A DNA stretch of 64,000 nucleotides from an uncultured Nitrososphaerales archaeon (GCA_963695855.1 CAVOHZ010000008.1:512001-576000); one strand, 5' to 3'. Shown: positions 43,977-55,010, counted from the first letter of the stretch. Program-made: numbers and translations. The notes: a model not told the origin generated them from the letters alone.

Positions 43977-44567
43977 ATGGTAACTAAAACAAATATACGA
44001 TATTTTGTGCTGTCAGTAATGATTTTTGTTGTTACTTTCAGTCTAGTTCTTTCAATGGGTTCACAGTTTGCTTTTGCTCATGAAAAACAGCTACTCTCAA
44101 TTAATGGAAAACCATACTTATTTGTAGTTGGTTCAATCGATGAACCAGTTTATATAAATGACAAATCAGGAGTTGAATTCTATGCTTATACTCCAGATCC
44201 AAATGATCCATTATCTGAGGAGCCTGATGGGACAAAACCAATCACGGGGTTAGAAAAAACTTTAAAAGTGGAGGTATCTGCAGGACCAAAGAATAAAACG
44301 CTAGATTTTGAGCCCGATGAAGATAATCCAGCACATTATACAGCTAGATTCTTCCCGAGTGCAGAGACTACCTATACGTATACACTAACTGGTACAATAG
44401 ATAATACACCTATTCATATAAGTTATTCATGTGTTCCTGGTGGTGGTGCAGAAGAAGAAGAGGTTACAAGCAATACAAAGACTGTCCTTTCACAAGCTGT
44501 AGTCAGTGAGCAAGTAGCTGGAAGCTTTCCTTGTCCAGTTCCTAGAGATGAAGTAACCATCCCTTAG
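43977..44567 (+). CDS. Secreted His1 protein, family C
   Basis: AFA|HEKQ...YLFVVGSIDEP...GLEKTLKVEV..YTYTLTGTI. Confidence 0.82.
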   Translation: MVTKTNIRYFVLSVMIFVVTFSLVLSMGSQFAFAHEKQLLSINGKPYLFVVGSIDEPVYINDKSGVEFYAYTPDPNDPLSEEPDGTKPITGLEKTLKVEVSAGPKNKTLDFEPDEDNPAHYTARFFPSAETTYTYTLTGTIDNTPIHISYSCVPGGGAEEEEVTSNTKTVLSQAVVSEQVAGSFPCPVPRDEVTIP

Positions 44568-44693
44568 GCTATGGATTTAACATCGACGATTTGCAATATA
44601 AGCAAGACCAAATGACATCATTATATTATATTTTTTTATTAAAGTATAGAGCGAATCTTATATATTACTCACAACTTAGGATGATGGAAAATT

Positions 44694-47246
44694 TTGCAGA
44701 AACATAATCCCAAGAACATTAATTATACTTGTATTATATTTATATTCATACTAAGTTGTTCTCTTCTTTTTCTTCTCACATCAATTTCAGATTCAACATT
44801 TTTATGGAACAAGGCTTATGCTCATTCTCTCCCTGTGAGCGAAACTCCTGCTCATGATTCCATACTTAAAAAAGAAGAGTTACCATCAAAAGTTATTATT
44901 GATTTTTCAGAAAGACCTGTACCTGGCATAAGTACTATTCAAGTTCTTAATGAAAAAAATAAAAGAGTAGATAATGGAAATTTCGTAATTATCGGGGATC
45001 ATGATAGAGAAGCAATGACTACACTTGATACCAAAAAACTTACTGATGGAGTATATACAGTTTCATGGATGACACAATCTGCTGATGATGGACATATAGC
45101 AAAAGGCTCATATGTCTTTGGAATCGGCAATGTAGGTTCAAGGGCATCCTCAATAACATCATCATCATCCTCAGCATCATCAATTGGATTAGCAAATAAT
45201 GAGCAAAATTATAAAGTACAGGCTATTACATCTAGCTTAGATGGATTAATAAAATGGCCACTCATAATCTCTCAAGTAACAGTTGTAGGCGTAATTTTTT
45301 CTCATTTATTTTTATGGGAATTATTTGGTAAAAAAATAATAGTCAATACAAATCAGACATCATCAGCCACCAATTCTACTGCTAACACTAATACTACTAC
45401 TGCAAACAATACGATGATGAATTTAAGATATAATAAAAGATTTACATTAATACTTGTAGCTGTATCGGTTACAATAATAATTTCAGCAAATGCACTATTG
45501 TTTTTGCAAATTACCGAATTAGTTCCTACTAATAATGGTATTTCTAGTTACACATCAATTTTTTTATTAGTTCTCCAAGGACCTTCTGGATTTTCATGGT
45601 TAATAAGGATAACAACATCTTTTGTAGTAATTATTGTATCTGCAGTCATTTATTATTATTTAAAGAAAAAGCACAATGTAAAAGATAATAATAAAGATCA
45701 CATTGATATCAAGATAAAGAAGAAAAATGATAATTTATTTTCTATGACATTACTCTCCATAGCTTTTACAGCTGGCTCTATCAGCATATTCGCAAATAGC
45801 CTTACAAGTCATAATGCAGCAGTGAATTTTTTTCCATCAATTGCAGTTTTTTTAGATTGGCTTCATTTTATGGCAATTTCTGTATGGGTAGGTGGACTAT
45901 TCTATATATCTACAATTTTATTAGCAACAATAAGAGATAAAACAGAAAATTATGAAACCATAATTAATTCTCAAAAACCAAGAGGAATGCCAAATGCGAT
46001 TTCTTCCTTAAATGTAAAAAAGAGATTTGTCTTTCATTACTATTTGGCATTATTACTTCCACGATTTTCCCTTGTTGCTAGCCTTTCGTTGGCAATAATC
46101 GGAATTAGTGGAATTTATATGGCTTGGATTAATATCCATAATTTCAATTTTCTTTTTAATAGCGAATATGGAAGTATTCTGATAATCAAATTAATCAGTG
46201 TGATACCTTTAATTCTTTTAGGAGGATATCATCAACTAAAACTTCACAATACTATTGTTAAGGTAGCAAGTTTAGGTGAGAATGGTGAAAATATTGGTAG
46301 CAGTAGAAATGATAATATATTCAGAAAAAATAGGATTGATCTTACAGATAATCCGGAAAAAAATACAATAGGAGAGGACAAGTCAGAAAAAATAAAAGCA
46401 AATAAAATAGACATATTTGGCAAATTTAGTAAGACAATTAAAATTGAATCCTTGTTTGCAATTGGCGTATTACTAGTAGCATCTCTGCTTAGTACAACTT
46501 CTCCTCCTTCTGCTTCAATGAATATGCCTTCTTCTATGGGTGAAGGTTCTCATACTATGGTAATGTCTGATGGCGGTGGTGGTAGTGGTAGTGGCGGTAG
46601 TATGTCAATGAATGATATGTCAATGAGCAATTTAAAGAACAGTAGCTATATCAAGGAAGTAAAAATATTAAATGTAACTACAAAAATCGAAATAAATCCA
46701 TTTTATTCTGGCTTTAATACATTTAAGATTACTTTTACTGATTCAAATGGACAACCGTATTCTAAAATATTAACTGTAAGAATGATTTTTAAAAATGATC
46801 AAGCAGATATTGGACCTATAACAACTAAACTCAACCAAATCTCTCCTGGAGTATATGCAATTACTGGAGGATATATAAGCCAACCTGGTGAATGGAATGT
46901 GGCAATAGCAGCTCAGAGGCCATCAGATTATGATCTTAATTATAAATTCACTTCTATAGTAAATAATTCATCATCGTCATCTTCTTCTAACATGATACAA
47001 ACTGGTAGTAGTAGCAGCAATATTGGTACTGAGAATGCTAGTATTGTTACAAATATAGAAACAACCAAGTCTATGAATATGACTAGTTCCAGTTCACAAG
47101 TTATTATGCCTGCGTTTGACTCCTTCACATTGCTTACAATTACTCTAGCAATAATTATTGGACTTGCTAGTTCTTACTTTTACAAAAAAAGTAAACAACA
47201 ACTTAGAAAAACTTTGGACCTATTGGATCAAATGCATACAATATAG
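44694..47246 (+). CDS. CopC-CopD fusion with Met-rich linker and YtkA-like domain
   Basis: AYA|HSLP, 'SADDGHIAKG' (CopC); 'SHNAA', 'HFMAISVWVGGL' (CopD); Met/Ser-rich segment; C-terminal TM. Confidence 0.88.
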   Translation: MQKHNPKNINYTCIIFIFILSCSLLFLLTSISDSTFLWNKAYAHSLPVSETPAHDSILKKEELPSKVIIDFSERPVPGISTIQVLNEKNKRVDNGNFVIIGDHDREAMTTLDTKKLTDGVYTVSWMTQSADDGHIAKGSYVFGIGNVGSRASSITSSSSSASSIGLANNEQNYKVQAITSSLDGLIKWPLIISQVTVVGVIFSHLFLWELFGKKIIVNTNQTSSATNSTANTNTTTANNTMMNLRYNKRFTLILVAVSVTIIISANALLFLQITELVPTNNGISSYTSIFLLVLQGPSGFSWLIRITTSFVVIIVSAVIYYYLKKKHNVKDNNKDHIDIKIKKKNDNLFSMTLLSIAFTAGSISIFANSLTSHNAAVNFFPSIAVFLDWLHFMAISVWVGGLFYISTILLATIRDKTENYETIINSQKPRGMPNAISSLNVKKRFVFHYYLALLLPRFSLVASLSLAIIGISGIYMAWINIHNFNFLFNSEYGSILIIKLISVIPLILLGGYHQLKLHNTIVKVASLGENGENIGSSRNDNIFRKNRIDLTDNPEKNTIGEDKSEKIKANKIDIFGKFSKTIKIESLFAIGVLLVASLLSTTSPPSASMNMPSSMGEGSHTMVMSDGGGGSGSGGSMSMNDMSMSNLKNSSYIKEVKILNVTTKIEINPFYSGFNTFKITFTDSNGQPYSKILTVRMIFKNDQADIGPITTKLNQISPGVYAITGGYISQPGEWNVAIAAQRPSDYDLNYKFTSIVNNSSSSSSSNMIQTGSSSSNIGTENASIVTNIETTKSMNMTSSSSQVIMPAFDSFTLLTITLAIIIGLASSYFYKKSKQQLRKTLDLLDQMHTI

Positions 47247-47363
47247 ATATAGATTGTATTTAATATTCAATTATATGCTACTTTAATTTAATTGGCCAAA
47301 TTAAGTAATTTCCTATGAATATAGTTTAAAAAATAAGGGGAGTTAGTTTTAGGTATTAACTTA

Positions 47364-48292
47364 GAGCCTATCCCAAAATTATCCTCCTGTACATAATAAT
47401 GCTACTTGCCAATTTTACAAGACCCAGATAGTTCTCCTCTTCCTTCTTTTCATATCTTGTAAATAACTTCCTGAATCTGTTATGCCATGAATTTGTTCTC
47501 TCTACAACCCATCTTCTTACTGCTGGATGTTTTCTATGAAATACTCTTTCTTCTCCTCTTCTGTGTAGCATATGTGGAATAGAATATATCCTCTCTCTTG
47601 ATAATTTCTTGTTCTATTTCTTTGGAATGATATGCTTTATCAACGCACAGGTTCTGTTTCTTCTGTTTATTGCTATGGTTTGGATGATGATGATCTTTTG
47701 ATAACCATGCTGTCAACTGTTTCAATTGCAACAGTGACATCATTGTGAGTATTTGCAGATGTTATAATGGCAGATAGTGGAATACCATCTTTATCTGTAA
47801 AAATGTGTCTTTTACTACCTAATTTACTTCTATTAGCAGTGGGATTATGACCAGCAGTCATCGCCCCCCTAAAGGTGATTTTACTGATATGCTATCAAGA
47901 AGTGATTGCCATGACCATTTGATTCCTCTTTTTTTATGATCATATATTTTTAACAAATCTGGTCCATAGTTAGTCTATCAAAAATACCAGACTGCCTCCA
48001 TTCATGAAATCTTCTATGGTATGTTGAACCAGAACCATATTCTCCTGGTAACATTTTCCACTGAGATTCAGTGCTCAGGATAAACATTATACCATCAAAT
48101 ACTTTTCTGTATGGAACAATTGGACGACATATGGTATTCTCCGGTTTCTCATGTGGTAAAATATCTTCAATTTCATTCCAAAGATCATCTGGAATGCGTA
48201 TGATTGTTCTAACATACTTTTTATTCTTAAGCATTATCAGATATGATAAGAAACCAATGAGCTATATTCCTATCTATTTTTGGGATAGGCTC
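47364..48292 (-). mobile_element. IS5-family element copy 2 (near-identical to 28646-29577)
   Basis: Perfect 15-bp TIR GAGCCTATCCCAAAA / TTTTGGGATAGGCTC; TTA on both flanks; frameshifted transposase. Confidence 0.93.
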
Positions 48293-48379
48293 TTAAGCAA
48301 CAAAAGCTATAACTAACAAGGTTCCATTTATTATATACAAATTACTTCTGAACGAAATAGAACATCTAACAGTTCTTCT

Positions 48380-48725
48380 GATAATTGGGGGATTAGTACC
48401 AGTCTTTACTGGAATTACTCCTCTTTTTCTAGGTCCATTAATACCATTAATACCGTAGATTTCCAAACCCTCAAATTAGCACAGCTTTCTACAGTAGTTG
48501 GTTTATCGTTACTGGTTCTTGGAATTGCAAGTTTGAGCATAGCATAGGAGATTTTGAAAGGAAAACGCTGGGCGAGAACGGTCACTTTGCTACTAAGCAT
48601 AATAACAATAATAGATGCCATTATTTTTTTTGTTGAGAAAGATCTAGTTCATATCGTCACAGTAATAATTTATGTCGTAGTAATTTAACCATCTGTATGC
48701 AAATCAAGTAAAACTATTTTGGAAA
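48380..48725 (+). pseudogene. Degraded multi-TM membrane protein
   Basis: 'VVGLSLLVLGIASLSIA*EILKGKRWARTVTLLLSIITII...IIYVVVI*'. Confidence 0.5.
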
Positions 48726-48824
48726 TAAGCTATCACCGTGAGCAAAAAAAGGTATCACCGTGAGCAAATAAATATGACTTGAATCAATAGCCATGGTGAT
48801 TAATGCTCATGGTGATTAATGCTC

Positions 48825-49340
48825 ATGGTCTTCTCATATCAAAAAGAGGTAACTACATTGGAGACATATAGAATAAAGAACGAAAAGAATATCTAAAACC
48901 ATACATTTCAGTTAATGTAAAGTCAAAACGGATAGTATCATTAATAATAACCAAAGGTACAGTTCATAATAAGAAGAAACTTGTAATAATGATAAAAAAA
49001 ATTTACAAACATGAAAATATTGCAAAAATATATACAAACAAAGCATATGACAATAAACCTAATTTCAATCTGTCAGATAAATTGCTTATTGAACCAGTAA
49101 TATCAATTAGAAGAAATACTAACGGTAAAAATAGAAAAGTCTTGAGATGAACAGGTCCATCTGATTTAAGATATTGGAAGTGACATATATAAGAAACTAC
49201 AAGATACTAGGCAAAGATGGATTGCCGAAGTATCTTTTAATCATTAAACCTTGTATTGAGAGAACATCTAATATCAAAGAAATTCATCATACAAAAGGTA
49301 GAAACTAACATAAAGATAATTCTGTAAAGAAGATTCGTGT
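48825..49340 (+). pseudogene. Degenerate IS5-family (ISH1/IS903-like) transposase remnant
   Basis: 'RKEYLKPYISVNVKSKRIVSLIIT.GTVHN...KAYDN..NF...IEPVISIRRN' with stops. Confidence 0.65.
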
Positions 49341-49490
49341 CACTTAATTGTCAATAATTCGTAATTAACTATCACATTCTTGAATTAAGCTAAACACTAA
49401 GTGGCTGCACCTAGAGTTCTATTACGCAATTAAGAAAAAAAAGGTAGTTTATTTTTATAAGTTTTTTTCTCTTCTATATGAATTCACTTT

Positions 49491-50030
49491 TTAACCTGGA
49501 ATATTCCCTTCACTTGCCGGTAGAACATTGGGATTTTTCATTATTTCATTGACACTAACGATTGCTACACTTTCTTCAGGGAATGTAATCTTTTGATCGG
49601 ACGGATTATGTAATGCAATATCGGTAAGTAACCATCCATCTTCTGCCATGACAGACCCAAGATCGGTATGATACATACATATCTTTCCAGCTAGGGACAT
49701 ATTTGCTACAGCATGGAGTTCAAGTTTTTTCATAAAAGTTTCACCTGAAGCTACTCCGCCAAGAAGTTCGATTAATGGTTCTGATTTATCATTACATGGA
49801 ACTTTTACTGCCACATGACCATTCATTATATGGAATTTCCCCGTATCATAAAGATGTATCTGGCCATTTGGCAAGATTGACTTTCCTTCTAATAACAATG
49901 TAACGGAATCTCTTGTTAGAATACTTTCTGAATCTGTTGCTGGTTGTGCACTAAGAAAATTTACTGAGGATGTAAAAGTTGTGAGGATAACTACGAACAC
50001 AAGCCCAATTAAAATGTTTCTTTTTTCCAT
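49491..50030 (-). CDS. Secreted His/Cys protein, family A paralog 4
   Basis: Signal peptide; RDSVT..IHLYDT..GHVAVKVPC..CMYHTDL..LTDIALHNP. Confidence 0.85.
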   Translation of the reverse strand: MEKRNILIGLVFVVILTTFTSSVNFLSAQPATDSESILTRDSVTLLLEGKSILPNGQIHLYDTGKFHIMNGHVAVKVPCNDKSEPLIELLGGVASGETFMKKLELHAVANMSLAGKICMYHTDLGSVMAEDGWLLTDIALHNPSDQKITFPEESVAIVSVNEIMKNPNVLPASEGNIPG

Positions 50031-50158
50031 TCTTAATTATTACTATGCAAGAACTTGTATTTAACATTTAAATCATATTTGTTAAGATAGAATACAATTT
50101 ATTGTGATATTTTATTAATGATAGAAAATATTGGTAGCAAATATAAATACAAGTTGCA

Positions 50159-50186
50159 TTGTCGGGCCGTAATGATAGCCCGACAA
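50159..50186. other. GC-rich hairpin
   Basis: TTGTCGGGC-cgtaatgata-GCCCGACAA, perfect 9-bp stem. Confidence 0.7.
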
Positions 50187-50268
50187 CGGTTAGATCTTAT
50201 CTGGCTGGGATATCGAGCTTCTTTTTGCCGTAAACGTATTCCTGAAGGTTTAAGATATAAATATTGAC

Positions 50269-50287
50269 GTACATACATCGAATGTAC
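50269..50287 (-). promoter_or_regulatory. Near-perfect palindromic operator
   Basis: Minus strand GTACATTCGATGTATGTAC-GTCAATA-TTTATATC. Confidence 0.75.
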
Positions 50288-50505
50288 TACCTAGACAATT
50301 AATTGCAAATATATATGGGACTCAGAATTATCTTAATATTCTTTACATTATTAGGTTTTTCAAACTTTTATTCTAATTAAATTATCAAAATAAAATGATA
50401 ATGTTTGAATAATAAGTTTTAATTAATTAATCTTTTCAAGCTTTTATGGTTTTTAACGGGATGATAAATTTTAGTATTTATAAATCTTCATAGTTACCGC
50501 ACTTT

Positions 50506-51447
50506 ATGATTTCATGGATGTACCATAAGTTTCTTAAGACTGGTATTCAAATTCCTTTTATGCAAAGTGTGGGATTCAAGATAATCAGTTCGATATCTCT
50601 ATCTTTAACCATGATCCTTGTTTTATTTTATATCAATGCTTATGCACATACGTTTTCTAGCGACGAAAGTGCTTCATTTCTTGTGACCATCGATGAGATT
50701 AAAACCCAGGGAGATTTAATTCAAATGGCAATAAATAGCAAAGATACAAAATCCATTATATCCCACATGAACAAATTAAAAGGCCTCTATAGTGAATACA
50801 TAAACAAAGAGATATCGGAAAAGAATAAGAGAATTTCTACTGAAATCTATTCAATCATAAATTCACTTAATTCCACAAATTATGGTTACCCAAATATCAA
50901 GTCTAAAATGCTAGACCTGAACCATCTGTTAGATGAATCAATATCGATAAGGATACTTCCAGGTGCTGAAAATAATTCTACTGTTCAAGCACTACGATTT
51001 GCTGGACTCATTAATTCTATAGATAAATATTATGTAAAGGCCTTTCATAAAGAATCAATGAATATGTCACAGATGAACGAAATGAAGAAGGATAATAGCT
51101 CGCTTATGTCTATGAATTCGAAGCATAATCAATCTTCAATCACTGATTCAACAGCATACGATACCGCAAAAAAATTATTGATTACATTGAAATCTGTTTT
51201 TGAATCAAAATTAAAACAGGTTGATTTAAAAAATGAAGTTAATTATTCGGACATAATAAATAAGGGACTTGAAAATTTAACATCCATAATAAATGATAAA
51301 AGACCTTATGAAGAAGCTATTAAAATAATTCATGGTATAATTCAACCCACATTAAAGGAAGAATTTAACCTCAAATTGGCACAATCTCTACCAAATAAAC
51401 TTGGTAATGGTACAAATGACCATGTGTCTCATGTGAAGGTGCATTAG
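50506..51447 (+). CDS. Secreted His1 helical protein, family B paralog 3
   Basis: AYA|HTFSSDESASF; Met-rich loop; 'IIHGIIQPTL'; true start probably downstream. Confidence 0.85.
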   Translation: MISWMYHKFLKTGIQIPFMQSVGFKIISSISLSLTMILVLFYINAYAHTFSSDESASFLVTIDEIKTQGDLIQMAINSKDTKSIISHMNKLKGLYSEYINKEISEKNKRISTEIYSIINSLNSTNYGYPNIKSKMLDLNHLLDESISIRILPGAENNSTVQALRFAGLINSIDKYYVKAFHKESMNMSQMNEMKKDNSSLMSMNSKHNQSSITDSTAYDTAKKLLITLKSVFESKLKQVDLKNEVNYSDIINKGLENLTSIINDKRPYEEAIKIIHGIIQPTLKEEFNLKLAQSLPNKLGNGTNDHVSHVKVH

Positions 51448-51450
51448 AAA

Positions 51451-52251
51451 TTGCATAAAGCTTTTCTACCTTCATTTTTCATTTTTTTATTATTTATCAA
51501 TTTTCAAATTGAAAACTCTTATTCACATAGTTTTACCATGGATGACTCTATTTATTTTATTTCTCTAGTAAAGCAGACAGAATTGGAATTAAAATTTGCA
51601 ACAGAATATTTTCCAACCAATATTACGTTATCATTAGACCATCTTGATGAACTCGTTCCTAAAATTACCGATCTCTATTACTTTAATGATGCATTCGTAA
51701 CTGACCAAGATTTTGTAGATAGATACAATAAAGATGTATATTCCACAAACAGTACTACTCAGGCTTTAGTAGTAGGTACACTAGTTGATATTTTGTTAAG
51801 TAAATATGCCTCATCCATGAATCTAAATTTTGACCTCACAAATATGTCTAATTTACTAGTATTTGTTAATTCATCTGAATTAAGTGATACTGTCCAAAAT
51901 AATACTTTTGAAACTAGTTATAAACCATCGAATACAAATATCGATATCAGTGAACATGATTACAAATTGCTGTTTTCAAATACTAATCCAATTATCGATC
52001 ATTCAGATTATTTTGTTGCAAGGGAGTTATCAAAAGAAATAAATTCAATATTTTATTTTTATCTTAAATCCTTTGATGGCTTAAATAGGGAAAATATTCA
52101 CAATGTTATAAGCTTAGAAAATAATTTACAAACTTTAGATGAGATGGTTAAAAATAAAGATCCACCTGCTGAACTTATGAAACTAGTTCATCTTGATATT
52201 CACCCTATAATGCAAAAAATTTATTCTTTAAAAATAAAACAACCAAAATAA
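51451..52251 (+). CDS. Secreted His1 helical protein, family B paralog 4
   Basis: SYS|HSFTMDDS; 'NSTTQALV', 'FDLTNMSN', 'LVHLDIHPIM'; 3 bp after the previous gene. Confidence 0.85.
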   Translation: MHKAFLPSFFIFLLFINFQIENSYSHSFTMDDSIYFISLVKQTELELKFATEYFPTNITLSLDHLDELVPKITDLYYFNDAFVTDQDFVDRYNKDVYSTNSTTQALVVGTLVDILLSKYASSMNLNFDLTNMSNLLVFVNSSELSDTVQNNTFETSYKPSNTNIDISEHDYKLLFSNTNPIIDHSDYFVARELSKEINSIFYFYLKSFDGLNRENIHNVISLENNLQTLDEMVKNKDPPAELMKLVHLDIHPIMQKIYSLKIKQPK

Positions 52252-52626
52252 TTCAATAATTTATTATATGAATTGTTCGTGTCTGTTTTTATTTTTTTAA
52301 CTCATTCATGAATATATTATATGTTATCTTTGGATAGTAAGTGAATTATTTTTATTTTGTTTTCCTTGGCAGGTTTTGGACTCTGGTTATTCAAGATTTT
52401 CTCATTCATAGACGCTAAATCTATAATGAAAGATTTAGGACTTGTCTCCAATTGTGTCTGTAATTGTATTGATATATATCTGACGGGTATTATATAATTT
52501 GACGGATCGTGCTCAATATCATCGCTTTTCCAGTTATTTTGTTAAGATAAATAATAAGTTAAATGAGAATTTCATGTTGTAGAATAAACAATATATTTAA
52601 ATATAGTTTGACATGTCTGGCTTTTT

Positions 52627-53724
52627 GTGAAAATAACAAATGTTTATTATATTGTACTATTAATTATTGTGATATTTCCTACATATACGGCATGGACAGA
52701 AGAAAAAACTAATATCAATAATTCTTCTTTAGCCCCATCATCTTCAATTTCATTAAACAGAACAAATGTTGATTTTGCTACAAATATAGAATTTATAAAG
52801 GGGCATTTATCTGCTGCAATTTCAAATAAAGAAATAGGAAATAATGAACTTGCACAGACACATACTTTTCATCCAATACATGAAATATATACGTTGATTA
52901 GAGATCAAATATCATCTTCAGATACTGAATTAAATAATACGTTAATTAATTCATTAAACAATCTAACATCCATAGTTTTTACATCCACATCTGCTGAATT
53001 TACTGATTTGGCGTCTTCTGTCAAGAGTTTATTAGATAAAGCAATAATTAAGGCTGTACCAGAAAATGAGATTGCTGATATTAAGTTTAACATGAGTACT
53101 TTGATTAATTTACTTAAAACTGCTGAATCAGAATATGGTATTGGAATAGACAACGGTACAATTATAAATATAGCAGAATATCAAGATGCTCAAGGGTTCG
53201 TTTCATCTGCCAATGAACTGTTCAATAAAACAATTAACAATTTAAATGAATCAATGACTAATAAATTTAGAGAAATTAAAGATTCACTTTATCAATTAAA
53301 TACATCTATGAGTAATAAAGAAGATGCAAAACAGATTTCCACAATAGTCAATAAGGTAACAAATCTTATACCAACTATACTAAATGTACAGGCAAAGGAT
53401 CTTGCAATTCTTGTTTCAACAGAGAAAGAATCAACCGAATTAATAGATAATATTCGTAATCTATTAGATCAATCTATTGAAAAGATAAAGAATAGCGATT
53501 ATCAGAATGCCGAAACTTTAGTAATAGAAGCGTATTTAGATAACTTTGAATTTTTAGAAGGCGAAATAGCAAAACACGATGAATCACTTATGAAGGATAC
53601 TGAAGTTCTATTAAGAGAACAACTACGTAACCTCATACAAGAAAAAGCCAGTCTAGAAGATATACAAAAAATGGTAGATAATATAAACACTAAATTAAAT
53701 GAAATAGAAAAACTATTACAATAA
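52627..53724 (+). CDS. Secreted helical-bundle metal-binding protein (resembles soluble domains associated with FTR1 iron permeases)
   Basis: 'IEFIKGHL', 'HTFHPIHE', 'AEYQDAQGF', 'EAYLDNFEFLEG'. Confidence 0.7.
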   Translation: MKITNVYYIVLLIIVIFPTYTAWTEEKTNINNSSLAPSSSISLNRTNVDFATNIEFIKGHLSAAISNKEIGNNELAQTHTFHPIHEIYTLIRDQISSSDTELNNTLINSLNNLTSIVFTSTSAEFTDLASSVKSLLDKAIIKAVPENEIADIKFNMSTLINLLKTAESEYGIGIDNGTIINIAEYQDAQGFVSSANELFNKTINNLNESMTNKFREIKDSLYQLNTSMSNKEDAKQISTIVNKVTNLIPTILNVQAKDLAILVSTEKESTELIDNIRNLLDQSIEKIKNSDYQNAETLVIEAYLDNFEFLEGEIAKHDESLMKDTEVLLREQLRNLIQEKASLEDIQKMVDNINTKLNEIEKLLQ

Positions 53725-54301
53725 AATTTTTTATTCTTTTCAGATATTTAAATTAATAGATCTAGTAATCTAGCGATATATTGTTTGAAATTACTATCAA
53801 TTAAAATTTATGATATTTCGGATTTTCTAAGGAATATAAAATTAATCTTTTTAAACAAAGTTTACCAATATCATATTACCACTGTTCTAGTCAATTCGTT
53901 TTTGATCTAGAGGTTTCAACTATTTTTCTGGGGAAAAATTATTTTGTTAAGTAACGGATAGCTACTTCAACTGCTATATACCCAATAAACAACAGTGAAG
54001 ATATTGTTATTGCATAGGGAATTAAACGGAGCTTAGATTTTACCCTAAAAGATTTTTGGTCTAGATTCATCTAATACATCTATATAATTTATTTATATAT
54101 CAAATTTTTCTTATATAATAATGATATATTGTTATATAACGTAGTTATAGAATGCTTTTAAAGGTACTGAAGTTTCAAATATTTTAATACTCTTTTAGTA
54201 GCCACATTGGACAATTACAAGTTAATGAGACTATCTTTGGTAATGTTGTTAACAATTACCATTTGTTTTATTATTATTATGAATCAATATTTGAGATTTG
54301 T

Positions 54302-55010
54302 TTAACCTGGCCATTTACTTTTTTTATAAAGTACTTCTGGCTTTACTTGTACCAAATATGGATTTTGTTGTATTAATAAAAAAACTTGTTCAAACTTTTT
54401 ATTCATTTCATTAATTTGTACTTTCATTCCTTTTATTTCCTCATCTTTTTCCTGGAGTTGGTCTTTTATTACATAATCTTTATCTTGATTCTTAGCAAGT
54501 AATTCTTGAACTTGTTTGGAGAGTCTATTCTCATCATTGATTGTCAATGCGTCAATTCCATGTAAATATCCTTTACAGTCATTTGTTCCTTCTAGCAATA
54601 CATTAGAATCAGGATTGAAATAATGAGAACAAACACCAGGTAGTTTATGACTCATTAGCATTTCAACAAAGTCGGGATATACACCTGCTGTTCGTGCTTC
54701 GGTATCAAAAAATTTACTAAAAGCGTGAGTTAGCATTGTTGGATTTTTTTGTTTTTTTTTTATTTACAAAGTCATAAGGTATTTTTTCTCTTAGATACAC
54801 TAAAAAGGATTTAATATCATTTTCAATCATTTTCTTATCTTTTTAAACCATTATAGAATATTGTTTTGAGTCTGCAGCACCAAGAAATTCTAAAAAATAT
54901 TTTATTCGTCTGGTATAATTTTCTTTGTAATTTTTGATTTTAATGCATTAATAAAATTTAGATATAATATTTCATTTTGATCTGATAAATGTTCTTGTTT
55001 TAGCAATACT
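54302..55010 (-). pseudogene. Tyrosine integrase remnant (C-terminal part)
   Basis: 'LTHAFSKFFDT...VEMLMSHK.PG...HYF..' degenerate HxxR/GH/Y boxes, followed by a coiled-coil tail. Confidence 0.75.
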
